Below, piece after piece: positions 10,208 through 18,781 of a DNA stretch of 46,430 nucleotides. The position numbers were made by a program, and so were the translations under genes. Source of the DNA: a virus (taxonomy: Duplodnaviria > Caudoviricetes); IMG/VR virus record IMGVR_UViG_3300024286_000008, positions 1 through 46,430 of that record; one strand, 5' to 3'. The notes under the pieces were generated by a model. It had not been told where the DNA came from. It made no database searches and worked only from the letters and a program-made list of their open reading frames with translations. The stretch's first letter is position 1, and every line of letters starts with the position of its first letter.

Positions 10208-10347
10208 AGGCCAGCCCGTGCCACCCAGGGCCAGCAAATAGCCTGGCCCCATACGGTCCCAGTAAAAGCACCAGACCAAAGATAGAAAATAGAAAATGGC
10301 GAAAGATGCAAACCTGGAAACCCGGGCATGGGACCCCATGAACTAGC

Positions 10348-10728
10348 ATGGACTATCCACCAGGTGAGGTAGTTCCAGGCAGTTTTGATCACAGGTCTGG
10401 CGATTGCCCCACGCATGGGAGCAACGTTGTATTTGCCCGTCCTGCCCGTTCCACCGTTGGCTTTCAATGCGTGGCCTGTTTATTGTCTGCTGTGGTGGCC
10501 AAAGCTCCAGCACTCCGGGCAGCACCTGTCAGCCATGCCATGTTTATCAGGCTGACAACTAACAGAGCTCTACCAGGCAATTATGGAAGGTTGTCAGCCG
10601 CTAAGATCGGGGCTGCGATGGATGCCTTTGCAAATATCCAGCTTGCCCTATCCGAGGATGCTGACTGCCCTGACAGGTTTACCGCCACCAATGGCCACCA
10701 CCAGGACTGGTATCCAGATGGCAAATAA
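10348..10728 (+). CDS. Hypothetical protein with possible Zn ribbon
   Basis: CPTHG...CVAC; fills the gap and overlaps the next start. Confidence 0.55.
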   Translation: MDYPPGEVVPGSFDHRSGDCPTHGSNVVFARPARSTVGFQCVACLLSAVVAKAPALRAAPVSHAMFIRLTTNRALPGNYGRLSAAKIGAAMDAFANIQLALSEDADCPDRFTATNGHHQDWYPDGK

Positions 10729-11002
10729 GCCCAGGCGTAGTGCCCACGATCTATTTGACCGGCTGGCAGCACTCGAGAAAAAGCTGGCTGAGGTCACTAC
10801 AGCCCAGGGCCCAGCACTGCCCAAACTTCTAACAGTCCAGGAGCTGGCTGACCTGCTACGTACCACCCCCAAGGCTGTCCGATTGATGCGAGACAAGGGG
10901 CAGCTCCCAGAGCCCCTGGACATTGGCAGTAAACGGCTGTTGTGGCGTGAGGCAGTTGTGATAGCCTGGTTGGGCCATACGGAATTGCGGGCAGGGAAGT
11001 AA
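10718..11002 (+). CDS. xis: Excisionase / AlpA-MerR-like HTH protein
   Basis: LLTVQELADLLRTTPKAV...GQLPEPLDIG.KRLLWR; sits upstream of integrase; ATG 10718. Confidence 0.82.
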   Translation: MANKPRRSAHDLFDRLAALEKKLAEVTTAQGPALPKLLTVQELADLLRTTPKAVRLMRDKGQLPEPLDIGSKRLLWREAVVIAWLGHTELRAGK

Positions 11003-11009
11003 CGCCGCA

Positions 11010-11222
11010 ATGACAGTCAAGATAAGACCAAGTAAGGATAACAAGAGCTGGGAATACGACATCCACGTCACAAAGCTGGATGGAACAAAAATAAGGGAGC
11101 GTCGCAAGATTCCTGGGGTTAGTAGCCGATACCATGCCCAGCGATGGGCAGAGGAACGTGAGTATCAGTTACTGATACAGATTCTGGGATACACCCCCAA
11201 GGACTCTGGGGGTGCCAAATGA
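11010..11222 (+). CDS. Stand-alone paralog of the integrase N-terminal arm-binding domain (70 aa)
   Basis: About 31/55 identities to the integrase N-terminus by manual alignment; intact ORF; ATGA overlap with int. Confidence 0.85.
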   Translation: MTVKIRPSKDNKSWEYDIHVTKLDGTKIRERRKIPGVSSRYHAQRWAEEREYQLLIQILGYTPKDSGGAK

Positions 11223-12397
11223 CCGTCATAGTCAGGCCCTACAAAGATACGAAAGCCTGGGAGTATGACATTATCTTTGAGCTGCCAGACGGCACAGAGA
11301 TACGTGAGAGACGCAAGTCCAAGATAAAATCCAAGTCAGGCACACAGGACTGGGCAGAGAAGAGAGAGCAGAAGTTGTTAGCTGAGGCAATGAAGCCAAA
11401 ACCTGTCGAGCGTAAGACAGGCCCAGTACTAATAGACCAAGTCCCGGAATACATACAAACCTGCAAAACAAATAGACTCAAGCCAAGTACAATTAGGGGT
11501 AAAATAAGCAGTTTCAAAAAATGGATTGCACCACTGGAGAAACCAGAAAAGCCACTGCCAGACCATGCCCTCACCAATGTCCCACTAATGGACATCACCA
11601 CGGGTAAGGTCAACATCCTCAAAGAGGCCCTGACGTCCCTGGGGGCAAGTGCTGCCAATAACGTGCTGGGGGACTTGTCTGCCCTGCTACATCAGGCAAT
11701 CGAGGAGGATATAATTGAGGTAATGCCGTGCAGGATAAAGCTGTTTCCTGAGCTCAGGTCTGAGGAGACAGAGGCAGCATTTTATGAGCACGACGTATTC
11801 CGCAAACTGCAGGCAGCTGCACAGGATGAGCACAAAGCCATATTGCTCCTCTTGGGAGCACATGCAGGGCTGAGGGCTGGGGAGATTGTGGGGCTGGAGT
11901 GGTCAGACATAAACTGGGACCTCAGACTCATCACTGTCCAGAGGGCTGTGTGGCAGGGCATCGTGGGGCTACCTAAAAGTAACAAAATACGTCGTGTGCC
12001 AATGTCAGGGACTCTCTACCAGCGATTGCGAGCCTACCGTCACCTGAGGGGGCCACGTGTTCTGTACCAGGCTGACGGTAGCCCCGTGACAAGGGCTGTC
12101 CTGTCGGACTGGTTGGCTGACTGTGAGCAGGCAGCAGGCTTGCCTCCTGATGGGCACGTACACCGCCTTAGACACACGTTCTGCAGTCACCTGGCCCTGG
12201 CTGGGGTGTTTCCACACGTAATCCAACGTCTGGCAGGACATCACAGCCTCATCATCACAGGACGCTACCTACACCTGTCCCCCGACAGTATGGAGAAAGC
12301 TGTCTCCAGGCTGGATGCAGCCAATGCCCAGCAGCAGGACGCTCGTGGTGATGGAGATATCCTGGAAACGGCTTTGAGCAAGTTGGCAACTGGTTGA
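11219..12397 (+). CDS. int: Tyrosine recombinase / phage integrase
   Basis: GLRAGE, PKS, HRLRHT, LAGH and ITGRY catalytic motifs; N-terminal arm-binding and core-binding domains. Confidence 0.96.
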   Translation: MTVIVRPYKDTKAWEYDIIFELPDGTEIRERRKSKIKSKSGTQDWAEKREQKLLAEAMKPKPVERKTGPVLIDQVPEYIQTCKTNRLKPSTIRGKISSFKKWIAPLEKPEKPLPDHALTNVPLMDITTGKVNILKEALTSLGASAANNVLGDLSALLHQAIEEDIIEVMPCRIKLFPELRSEETEAAFYEHDVFRKLQAAAQDEHKAILLLLGAHAGLRAGEIVGLEWSDINWDLRLITVQRAVWQGIVGLPKSNKIRRVPMSGTLYQRLRAYRHLRGPRVLYQADGSPVTRAVLSDWLADCEQAAGLPPDGHVHRLRHTFCSHLALAGVFPHVIQRLAGHHSLIITGRYLHLSPDSMEKAVSRLDAANAQQQDARGDGDILETALSKLATG

Positions 12398-12586
12398 TTT
12401 GATTGACTTATAACGCCTGGTGGTTTAGGGACACCCCCTAATAGTTACTGCGAAAGAGTCTCGCAATTCCGCATGGTTGGCAAGGTAACCATTGGAGACT
12501 ACTCTCAAAACCACCAGGCGTTTGACCTTCCAGATACTCCAGATGCCTCTACATTCCTCCCCCTGTGTGGAGAGATTCTGGAGAAG
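12352..12586. other. Probable attP region
   Basis: Imperfect direct repeats TGGAGATATCCTGGAAA (12352) and TGGAGAGATTCTGGAGA (12568); inverted TCCAGAT pair ~12530-12544; perfect IHF consensus AATCAAccagTTG on - strand 12387-12399; lies at the end of int. Confidence 0.6.
12412..12522. repeat. 15-bp perfect inverted repeat enclosing four small hairpins (candidate structured RNA or cruciform)
   Basis: AACGCCTGGTGGTTT 12412-12426 and AAACCACCAGGCGTT 12508-12522. Confidence 0.8.
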
Positions 12587-12635
12587 CCAGGCCAGGCTGG
12601 GTGTCCTCCCAGGAATGTCAATACCTGGCTGCAGC

Positions 12636-13817
12636 TCAGTACCATACCAGGGCCTCCATTGCAGGCACGGATGGGCCACCACCACCACCACCAGTGCCAG
12701 CAAACGTTACCCCCGTGTTGCCTGACTCGAGCCACACATAGGACACAAGCCCAGTAGGCGGATTCCACCCTATCTCGGTAAAGAGGACATCTGCAGGGAT
12801 GGCAGTGCCCACAGAGCCCTCTCCAGTGCGTCCACTGCTAGCCGTGGTGCTATTGACACCGATACCGATCCTGACTTTGACAGCCGTGGCATTGCTGGAG
12901 CTGGCACTGGATACAGCGATCACACGTGTAGCATTACCCCCGTCTGCCCCCCCGATGCCTGTGACCACATCGATCTGTGCATTGCTGTTGCCTGCCAGCT
13001 GCCTAAAAGCAGTGGACGTATAGGCATAGCTGCCACTGGGTCCCAGGATCTGGAGGGCCAAAGGTTTCCTGTTGTCCACATTCCAATAGTCGCAACTGAT
13101 GAGCTGGCCGTCGTCTAAAAACGCCCCAGTAATAAACCGGTAGCTGGTGGCAGTCCTGGGCCTCACGGTGCCAAGGTAGCGTCTGGTCACATCCCCAGAT
13201 TTTACCCACACCCCCCTCAGTTTGGCCAAAGCCACAGCCGGATTCCTGGAGGAGGATGAGCTCCAGTTAGCGACATCGAGGGCAACGGCTGTCCCGTTGT
13301 AGTATGCAAAAACGTCAAATGGCAGGTTGGCTGTCCTGCCTGCTAACGTGTACAGAACACCACTGGCTGCAAAGGTTGTCCACACCCCCCCATAAATTAG
13401 AGATATACGGTCACTCTTGACAGGTGCCAAATAAATCGTGGTGAGGGCTGTACCATCTGCATGTGTAGTGTCCGTGGGAGTGCTGGAGAGACGAAAGCCG
13501 TTTACCCCAGGGTCCACAGTGGCTGTCGACTCTGGGTGCTGGTGATCGTCTCTCGACAGTAAAGAACTCGCGCCCGGAGCTCCAGACAAGGACGGGGGCA
13601 GTGGCGTAGCGTCTGAGGCCAGGCTGGTGCCTGTGGAAAAGTTGGCCTCCAGGCTCCACTCACCATCGATCTTTACCCAGACGTTGGCAGTGTCGAGGTC
13701 AAGGTAGGTGTCACCAGTGGAGCCCAGGGCTGGCAGAGGATCCCCATGGTCAGACCAGAACGCTGGGCCATTGCTACCGATGGGGGCCACGTCTATGCCA
13801 CGCCTCCTCTGGTTCAT
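12636..13817 (-). CDS. Tail fibre / receptor-binding-like protein
   Basis: GSTGDTYLDLDTANVWVK..GEW fibre motif, Gly/Ser/Thr-rich beta sequence, last gene of the tail operon. Confidence 0.7.
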   Translation of the reverse strand: MNQRRRGIDVAPIGSNGPAFWSDHGDPLPALGSTGDTYLDLDTANVWVKIDGEWSLEANFSTGTSLASDATPLPPSLSGAPGASSLLSRDDHQHPESTATVDPGVNGFRLSSTPTDTTHADGTALTTIYLAPVKSDRISLIYGGVWTTFAASGVLYTLAGRTANLPFDVFAYYNGTAVALDVANWSSSSSRNPAVALAKLRGVWVKSGDVTRRYLGTVRPRTATSYRFITGAFLDDGQLISCDYWNVDNRKPLALQILGPSGSYAYTSTAFRQLAGNSNAQIDVVTGIGGADGGNATRVIAVSSASSSNATAVKVRIGIGVNSTTASSGRTGEGSVGTAIPADVLFTEIGWNPPTGLVSYVWLESGNTGVTFAGTGGGGGGPSVPAMEALVWY

Positions 13818-15073
13818 GGGTAGACGCCAGCAGGGGGTGCGAATGGCTCAGCCATACGGTACACCCCAGCCCCTACCCCTGCCATGCAGGTAGTCAAGAA
13901 AATCTGACCACCTGACCCCCGGCCTACAAATGCGTGCCGTTGGCAACGTATGGGCCTACGTTCATTGATATTTGTAGGGGTAAACCCCCCCAGTCCCAGA
14001 TTCTCAACAAATCGCTGAGTTACGCCATCGTATGTCATTACACCATAGGGTGGTTGATACTGAAACGCCAAAAATCCACCAGGTATGGGGACAAGACAAT
14101 ATGAGTAGTCTACAGGTACCGCAGGGGTAATTGTTGTCCAAGTAACCAAGTCTGTAGACTTGAGCATTCCACCAGACTCGCAACCAGCGACCCATTCAAA
14201 GCCTGGCTGCCCCGTGTAGATAATTCTTCTTGCTGATGCACCACCGGGCAACGTAACTGCCAGCCAAGTTGTCCCATTGTTGCTGGTACGCTTAACCTGA
14301 AAATTGTCACACACAGCTATGTAACCAGTGCCAGACACTAGGCCTGTGCATAGATCACCAGTAATGGTGCCCACACCTAACTTAACACCGTTGTCTGTCC
14401 ATGTAGTCAAGCCTGTTGCCCTGGTCCACATCTTGCCGGCTGAGTCTATAGCCATGTAAAAGAGACCATCAGGTGTTAGACACATAGACAGGATATCCGC
14501 ACCACCATTTTTTTGTCTTGTGTAGGTGGGGATGTTGCCTGCAAATGTGGCAGCCTGAATTTCACCAGCCATGCCATATACCATGTGATCACAGGTACCT
14601 AAGAGCAGATTGGCATACGCACTGGCTGGAGTGGCAGATGCCCAGCTAAGCCCGTTATTGTTGCTAAATCTTATGCTAGCTGCACTACCACTAGTTCCCC
14701 CTACTGCTACATAGTGCAAAGCATTCCCGATATTCCGAATGAGGATGTCCGAGGTTACGCCAGTAACACCAGCACCAAGCGGGGTGAGTTGCAAAAGGCC
14801 AGTTCTAACCTCATTTTGAGCACTAGCAATTACACCCCGTGTGTATGCAGCTGCCAGCACAGTAGACAACTGGTCATACTTGGCAGCATCCAGAGCTGTG
14901 GCCCCAAAGACCTCAATAGCGTTTGCCAACTCCCCCACCACATGGTTGAGGGTGTCGTCTGTCACTACCGTGGCAGCCTCAACTCCAGGCGTGCCCTCAG
15001 TAAAGCCGGTTTTACCGGCTGAATAAAAGTTGGCCTTGCCAAACTCTGGGGCACCTGTGGCTGGTCTTCTCAT
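13814..15073 (-). CDS. Tail fibre with Mu-like N-terminal anchor and beta-propeller-like C-terminus
   Basis: GFTEG.PG..AT.V....LN....EL anchor motif; Asp-box-like repeats (SNNNGLSW, SNNGTTW, STDLVTW). Confidence 0.8.
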   Translation of the reverse strand: MRRPATGAPEFGKANFYSAGKTGFTEGTPGVEAATVVTDDTLNHVVGELANAIEVFGATALDAAKYDQLSTVLAAAYTRGVIASAQNEVRTGLLQLTPLGAGVTGVTSDILIRNIGNALHYVAVGGTSGSAASIRFSNNNGLSWASATPASAYANLLLGTCDHMVYGMAGEIQAATFAGNIPTYTRQKNGGADILSMCLTPDGLFYMAIDSAGKMWTRATGLTTWTDNGVKLGVGTITGDLCTGLVSGTGYIAVCDNFQVKRTSNNGTTWLAVTLPGGASARRIIYTGQPGFEWVAGCESGGMLKSTDLVTWTTITPAVPVDYSYCLVPIPGGFLAFQYQPPYGVMTYDGVTQRFVENLGLGGFTPTNINERRPIRCQRHAFVGRGSGGQIFLTTCMAGVGAGVYRMAEPFAPPAGVYP

Positions 15074-15081
15074 GTCCTACC

Positions 15082-15630
15082 TCACACAGTCTGGAATATG
15101 ATCGTGGTGTTTATCGGGGCTATGGCCCTGACAGTGGCCTCAAAGTTTGGCTTGACTGGGGCTGGGTACGTGATCACCCAAGTGGTCAGGCCCTGGACTG
15201 AGCCAAGGGGTTTACCCACCACATACCCAGCCAAAAACTGTGGGTAACTGCCTAGCGTGATAGTGACCGTGCCGATGCCCAGGCTGTTGAGGAGTGCCAG
15301 GAGCGCCGCATAGCTGGGAGACAGAGCAGAGTTGAGTTTGGCTCGAATGGCAGCCACACGCTGGACAGGGGTGGCTCCAGCAGGGACGTTGATGCCCAGG
15401 AGCTCCTCCCACTCTTCGAGCAGCCCATAGCCCATGTCAGCAGTCGGGATAAAGTCTTTGAGGATCCCCCACAGTGCTGTGTCGAGCCTGACAGGCTCCT
15501 GAGCCATGGCAGTCAGCAGTGACCACCATACAGGCGTGGTGACTGGGTCAATGGGCCAGACTTTGCCCCGGGGCAGCAGCCGCTGATACAGCCACGTGTA
15601 ATCATCTAGCGTGTGCGTGCCCCCACTCAT
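15082..15630 (-). CDS. Baseplate wedge protein, Mu gp48/YmfQ-like
   Basis: LLPRGKVW, LLEEWEELLG; synteny. Confidence 0.85.
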   Translation of the reverse strand: MSGGTHTLDDYTWLYQRLLPRGKVWPIDPVTTPVWWSLLTAMAQEPVRLDTALWGILKDFIPTADMGYGLLEEWEELLGINVPAGATPVQRVAAIRAKLNSALSPSYAALLALLNSLGIGTVTITLGSYPQFLAGYVVGKPLGSVQGLTTWVITYPAPVKPNFEATVRAIAPINTTIIFQTV

Positions 15631-16685
15631 GGTGGCCAGGTCCTTGTGCCCAGGCCTGGCAGCTCATTGGTGGCACACACGATGTCAGCAGACGGGCTGG
15701 ATAGTGTGTGAGAGACCTCCCCCACAGCACTTGAGATAGCATCCTCCAGCCGGGATAACGCTATCGTGCCTGCTGGAGCTCCCTCACGTAACAGGAAGTC
15801 ACCCACAGAGACATCGATAGCTTGCTGCACAGCTACGGTATTTGGTGTCAAAGCCGTAAAAACCAAATTTACGGGCTTTGCTATCAGCGTTATAACCCTG
15901 ACCTCCACTGTGATGGGGGCCACGCTCTGAATATGGGCCAGGGTGGTGGCAAGCTCCCCACTGTCAGGGATGTTGGTGACAGGGTCATTATCCCGAGCAA
16001 AAGCAACAGAGACAGAGTTGTTAGCCTCCAGGTTGGCAAACTCCCAGGCCCTGGTGTTGCCCGGTACCTCCAGAGCCCAGGCCACGTAATCCCCAGGGCC
16101 ACCCCCCTTGGGTGGGTTGCGCAGTCTGGCCAGCAATCGAGGCAGGCCCCCAGTCTGCCAATCCTCGACATCAGCCCCAGACACTGTGGAGCTCTGGACT
16201 GTGGCATCGGTATCGACTCCAGCCAGGGGCGTGGTCAGGGACAGGATCTGCCCATCTGGGTTATTGCCTGCAGCCCCTGGGGTGGAGGATGTGACACTGA
16301 TGGTGACAGTACCCCCACCACCCACTGCAGCGGCTGCAGCTGTCTTGTAGAGCTCACCATCAGCTCTGCCCCATTCGGTATTTGCAGGGATGGAGGCAGC
16401 TGGGGCCCCAGTCACCAGGATATTGCCAGCCCATGCCGTGGCTGGGAGCTGGTCAATCCCCCAGACACTGCCCCATCTCCAGCCGTAGGTCTCATCGGCT
16501 GTGTTAGGGAAGCACTGAGCAACCAGCCAGGTAAAGGCCCCATAAAGGCCTTTGCTGACACCTGCAATGGCCCTGGCCAGGCCATACTCCACTGTAGCCC
16601 TGGGGGTTTTTCCGTTGGCATCAGCCCCCAAGTCAGTCTGGACTCGGCTGAGGATCTTACGGTAAGTGGGTACCGAAAAGCTCAT
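15627..16685 (-). CDS. Baseplate J-like protein (Mu gp47)
   Basis: FPNTAD, GAAGN, PPKGGGPGDYVAWALEVPG; ATG 16685. Confidence 0.92.
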   Translation of the reverse strand: MSFSVPTYRKILSRVQTDLGADANGKTPRATVEYGLARAIAGVSKGLYGAFTWLVAQCFPNTADETYGWRWGSVWGIDQLPATAWAGNILVTGAPAASIPANTEWGRADGELYKTAAAAAVGGGGTVTISVTSSTPGAAGNNPDGQILSLTTPLAGVDTDATVQSSTVSGADVEDWQTGGLPRLLARLRNPPKGGGPGDYVAWALEVPGNTRAWEFANLEANNSVSVAFARDNDPVTNIPDSGELATTLAHIQSVAPITVEVRVITLIAKPVNLVFTALTPNTVAVQQAIDVSVGDFLLREGAPAGTIALSRLEDAISSAVGEVSHTLSSPSADIVCATNELPGLGTRTWPP

Positions 16686-17128
16686 AGCGTGTAGCTCCAA
16701 ATGGTGTACCACTCAGGAGCCAGGGCCCCACGTACCTGGACAGAGACTTTGGACTCCCACCTGTCTGGAGCCACCCTGGTCACTGTGGTGGCCACGCTCT
16801 GGGCCAGCCCATCGTCAATAAGCCACTGCAGCTGGGTCAGGGTCTCCTGCTCTATCAGCCTCAAGGCTCCAGCCGTAGCCTTGCCCCGGGATAGATGAAA
16901 AAGCCTGCCCCCCAGCTCCCACCCCGAGATGTCCGAGAAACTGTCACCCCACCAGCCACCCAGTGGGCTGCCCGTGGCCACATCCTCTGGCTGCAGCCTG
17001 CCCTCAGTAAACAGGGACAGCAAGATCGGGGTACGCAGTGACTGGTCAGTCTCCAGGTGGTTACCCTTTGTAGGGTCCCTGCGCAGATCGTAATACATCA
17101 GGTTTTGCTGTAGGAAAACGCCGAGCAT
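16682..17128 (-). CDS. Baseplate protein, Mu gp46-like
   Basis: SLFT, GWWGD, LGGRL, LQWLIDDGLA. Confidence 0.9.
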   Translation of the reverse strand: MLGVFLQQNLMYYDLRRDPTKGNHLETDQSLRTPILLSLFTEGRLQPEDVATGSPLGGWWGDSFSDISGWELGGRLFHLSRGKATAGALRLIEQETLTQLQWLIDDGLAQSVATTVTRVAPDRWESKVSVQVRGALAPEWYTIWSYTL

Positions 17129-17679
17129 TACTCACACCTGACCTTGTCTGAGGCCACGGACTCGAATGGGTGCAGGGTGATGGAGGCAGCTGCAGCCTTG
17201 AGAGCTGCTCCACCGTCCTGGGGCACAGGTGTCCAGGTTTGCAGCGCATTTAGGATAGATGAAATATCCGCTTTGGCGTCCTGGATTTGCTGGTCCGTTT
17301 TTGCTGCCAGAGCCACCCAGTCAGCTGGCGTTTTTGAGCCCAGGGAGAGCTGCCCGTCCGATCGGAGAAAGAGTTTCCATTCTCCGAGATAATGCAGGCC
17401 TCCCTCACCCTCCCCAATTGCGTCATTGGGTACGATGCCACCCACAGAGATGAGGACACCCCCATCTCTCTGCCCACCACAGTTGATAACCACCCCACCA
17501 GACTCACTGGCAGCACGGAAGTGGAGGCCCTGGCTCTCCAGGTGCTCCAGCCCTGAGCTCACACGATCGCCACCCCACAGGACCTGGTACGTGCCTCCTG
17601 CAGCCTCTGACCTATCCACAGCCACACGTGTGGCCAAATTCTGGATAAGGATCCTGAGTCTGCGCAGTAGCTCATCCAT
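17128..17679 (-). CDS. Baseplate spike, Mu gp45-like
   Basis: EHLESQG, GGQR, GEGEGGLH; synteny. Confidence 0.78.
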   Translation of the reverse strand: MDELLRRLRILIQNLATRVAVDRSEAAGGTYQVLWGGDRVSSGLEHLESQGLHFRAASESGGVVINCGGQRDGGVLISVGGIVPNDAIGEGEGGLHYLGEWKLFLRSDGQLSLGSKTPADWVALAAKTDQQIQDAKADISSILNALQTWTPVPQDGGAALKAAAASITLHPFESVASDKVRCE

Positions 17680-17686
17680 GGGGTGC

Positions 17687-18781
17687 CTAGCCCTTTAAGC
17701 TTACACCCTTATTTAGCTGGCGTACAGGCAGGGGTAAAAGGCTGTAAGCCTCTGGGTATGTCAAGGAAATTCGTGTCTCCAGCGTGCTGTTGCTGCACCT
17801 GAGCTCTGCCAGCGTGAGGAGCAGAGTCTCCCTCACTCCGAGTGCACGATCGTCAACCAGTACCAGCATGGGGGGTGCCCAGGGCTGGCCGTCTGGAGCC
17901 AGGCCACCAGGCAGGGTATAAGTCATAGTGAGGGCCTTGCCTGCCCGTGTATTCCGCTCCCAGGTGGCCTGGGTCTGGAGCTCTGCCACACGTGCATGGG
18001 TATCGGACCCAATCACGTAAGGCCTGTATCGAGTCACGTTTTTGTCCGTGGCCTCAAACTTCTCCAGGGCTGCATGCCGTGGTGACTCCTCTTTGTTGGC
18101 TCTGCCCGTCTGGTTTCTCAGCCGGTAAACTGAATAGGTGTCCTGGTCCACACGCACCAAGCCACGGCTGATGGCCTGCCCCACCTGGAGCTGCACGCTA
18201 CGCAGCCCAGAGCTTGCACCCCCAGTGATCCGAAAGAGCCTCAGGTCCCCAGTGGGCTGGGATACGGCTGTCACCCCTGTGGCCCTGAGGAGCCGCTCCA
18301 TGGCATCGCTGACCCTCTCACCCTCATCTATCTCAAAACGGCTGAATTTGAAGGTATCGGCGGCGATCTGGGGGTCAGCTGTCACAGCAATACCGAACGG
18401 CTGACACAGGTCAGTTACGATCTGCACCAGGGTACGCTGGAGCCATTGCCCGGTTTTATGCACGGCTGCACAGTCAGCCAGGTCCCCAGACTTTGACCTT
18501 CCACTGCAAGATGTGCTGTAGCTGCTGGCCTCGATAGCGATGTCTGACTGGTTGACATACCCAGTCACAATTCGATGTGGCCCATAGTCCACAGCACAGG
18601 CAGCACCTGGCTGGATATACCGATTATCGACAATGAGAGCTTGTTCACGGGCTGCATAAGTCAGCTGGAAGCTGTCAGCCAGGGAGTCCAGGGCCCTGGT
18701 CACAGCGACATCTGACCACCCCGAAAAACGCTGGCCCTCCACCACAAGAGAGACCGGCTGGGCTTGGTTGACAAGTGTCAC
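17687..18781 (-). CDS. Baseplate hub, Mu gp44/gpP-like
   Basis: FSGWSDV, GRSKSGDLADC, RYRP, ATWE. Confidence 0.9.
   Translation of the reverse strand: MTLVNQAQPVSLVVEGQRFSGWSDVAVTRALDSLADSFQLTYAAREQALIVDNRYIQPGAACAVDYGPHRIVTGYVNQSDIAIEASSYSTSCSGRSKSGDLADCAAVHKTGQWLQRTLVQIVTDLCQPFGIAVTADPQIAADTFKFSRFEIDEGERVSDAMERLLRATGVTAVSQPTGDLRLFRITGGASSGLRSVQLQVGQAISRGLVRVDQDTYSVYRLRNQTGRANKEESPRHAALEKFEATDKNVTRYRPYVIGSDTHARVAELQTQATWERNTRAGKALTMTYTLPGGLAPDGQPWAPPMLVLVDDRALGVRETLLLTLAELRCSNSTLETRISLTYPEAYSLLPLPVRQLNKGVSLKG

Noticed and set aside
12412-12522. 5S rRNA, tRNA or retron msr-msd
   Set aside because: The ends resemble 5S helix I (GCCTGGTGG...CCACCAGGC) but the CCGAAC loop is absent; there is no TTCGA T-loop; no reverse transcriptase is encoded
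12473-12757. ORF with a His5 run
   Set aside because: The CAC run is the antisense of the Gly run (GGTGGT) at the end of the fibre gene
15822-16694. 290-aa + strand ORF
   Set aside because: Antisense shadow of the clearly conserved baseplate J gene; the same applies to most other overlapping ORFs in the track
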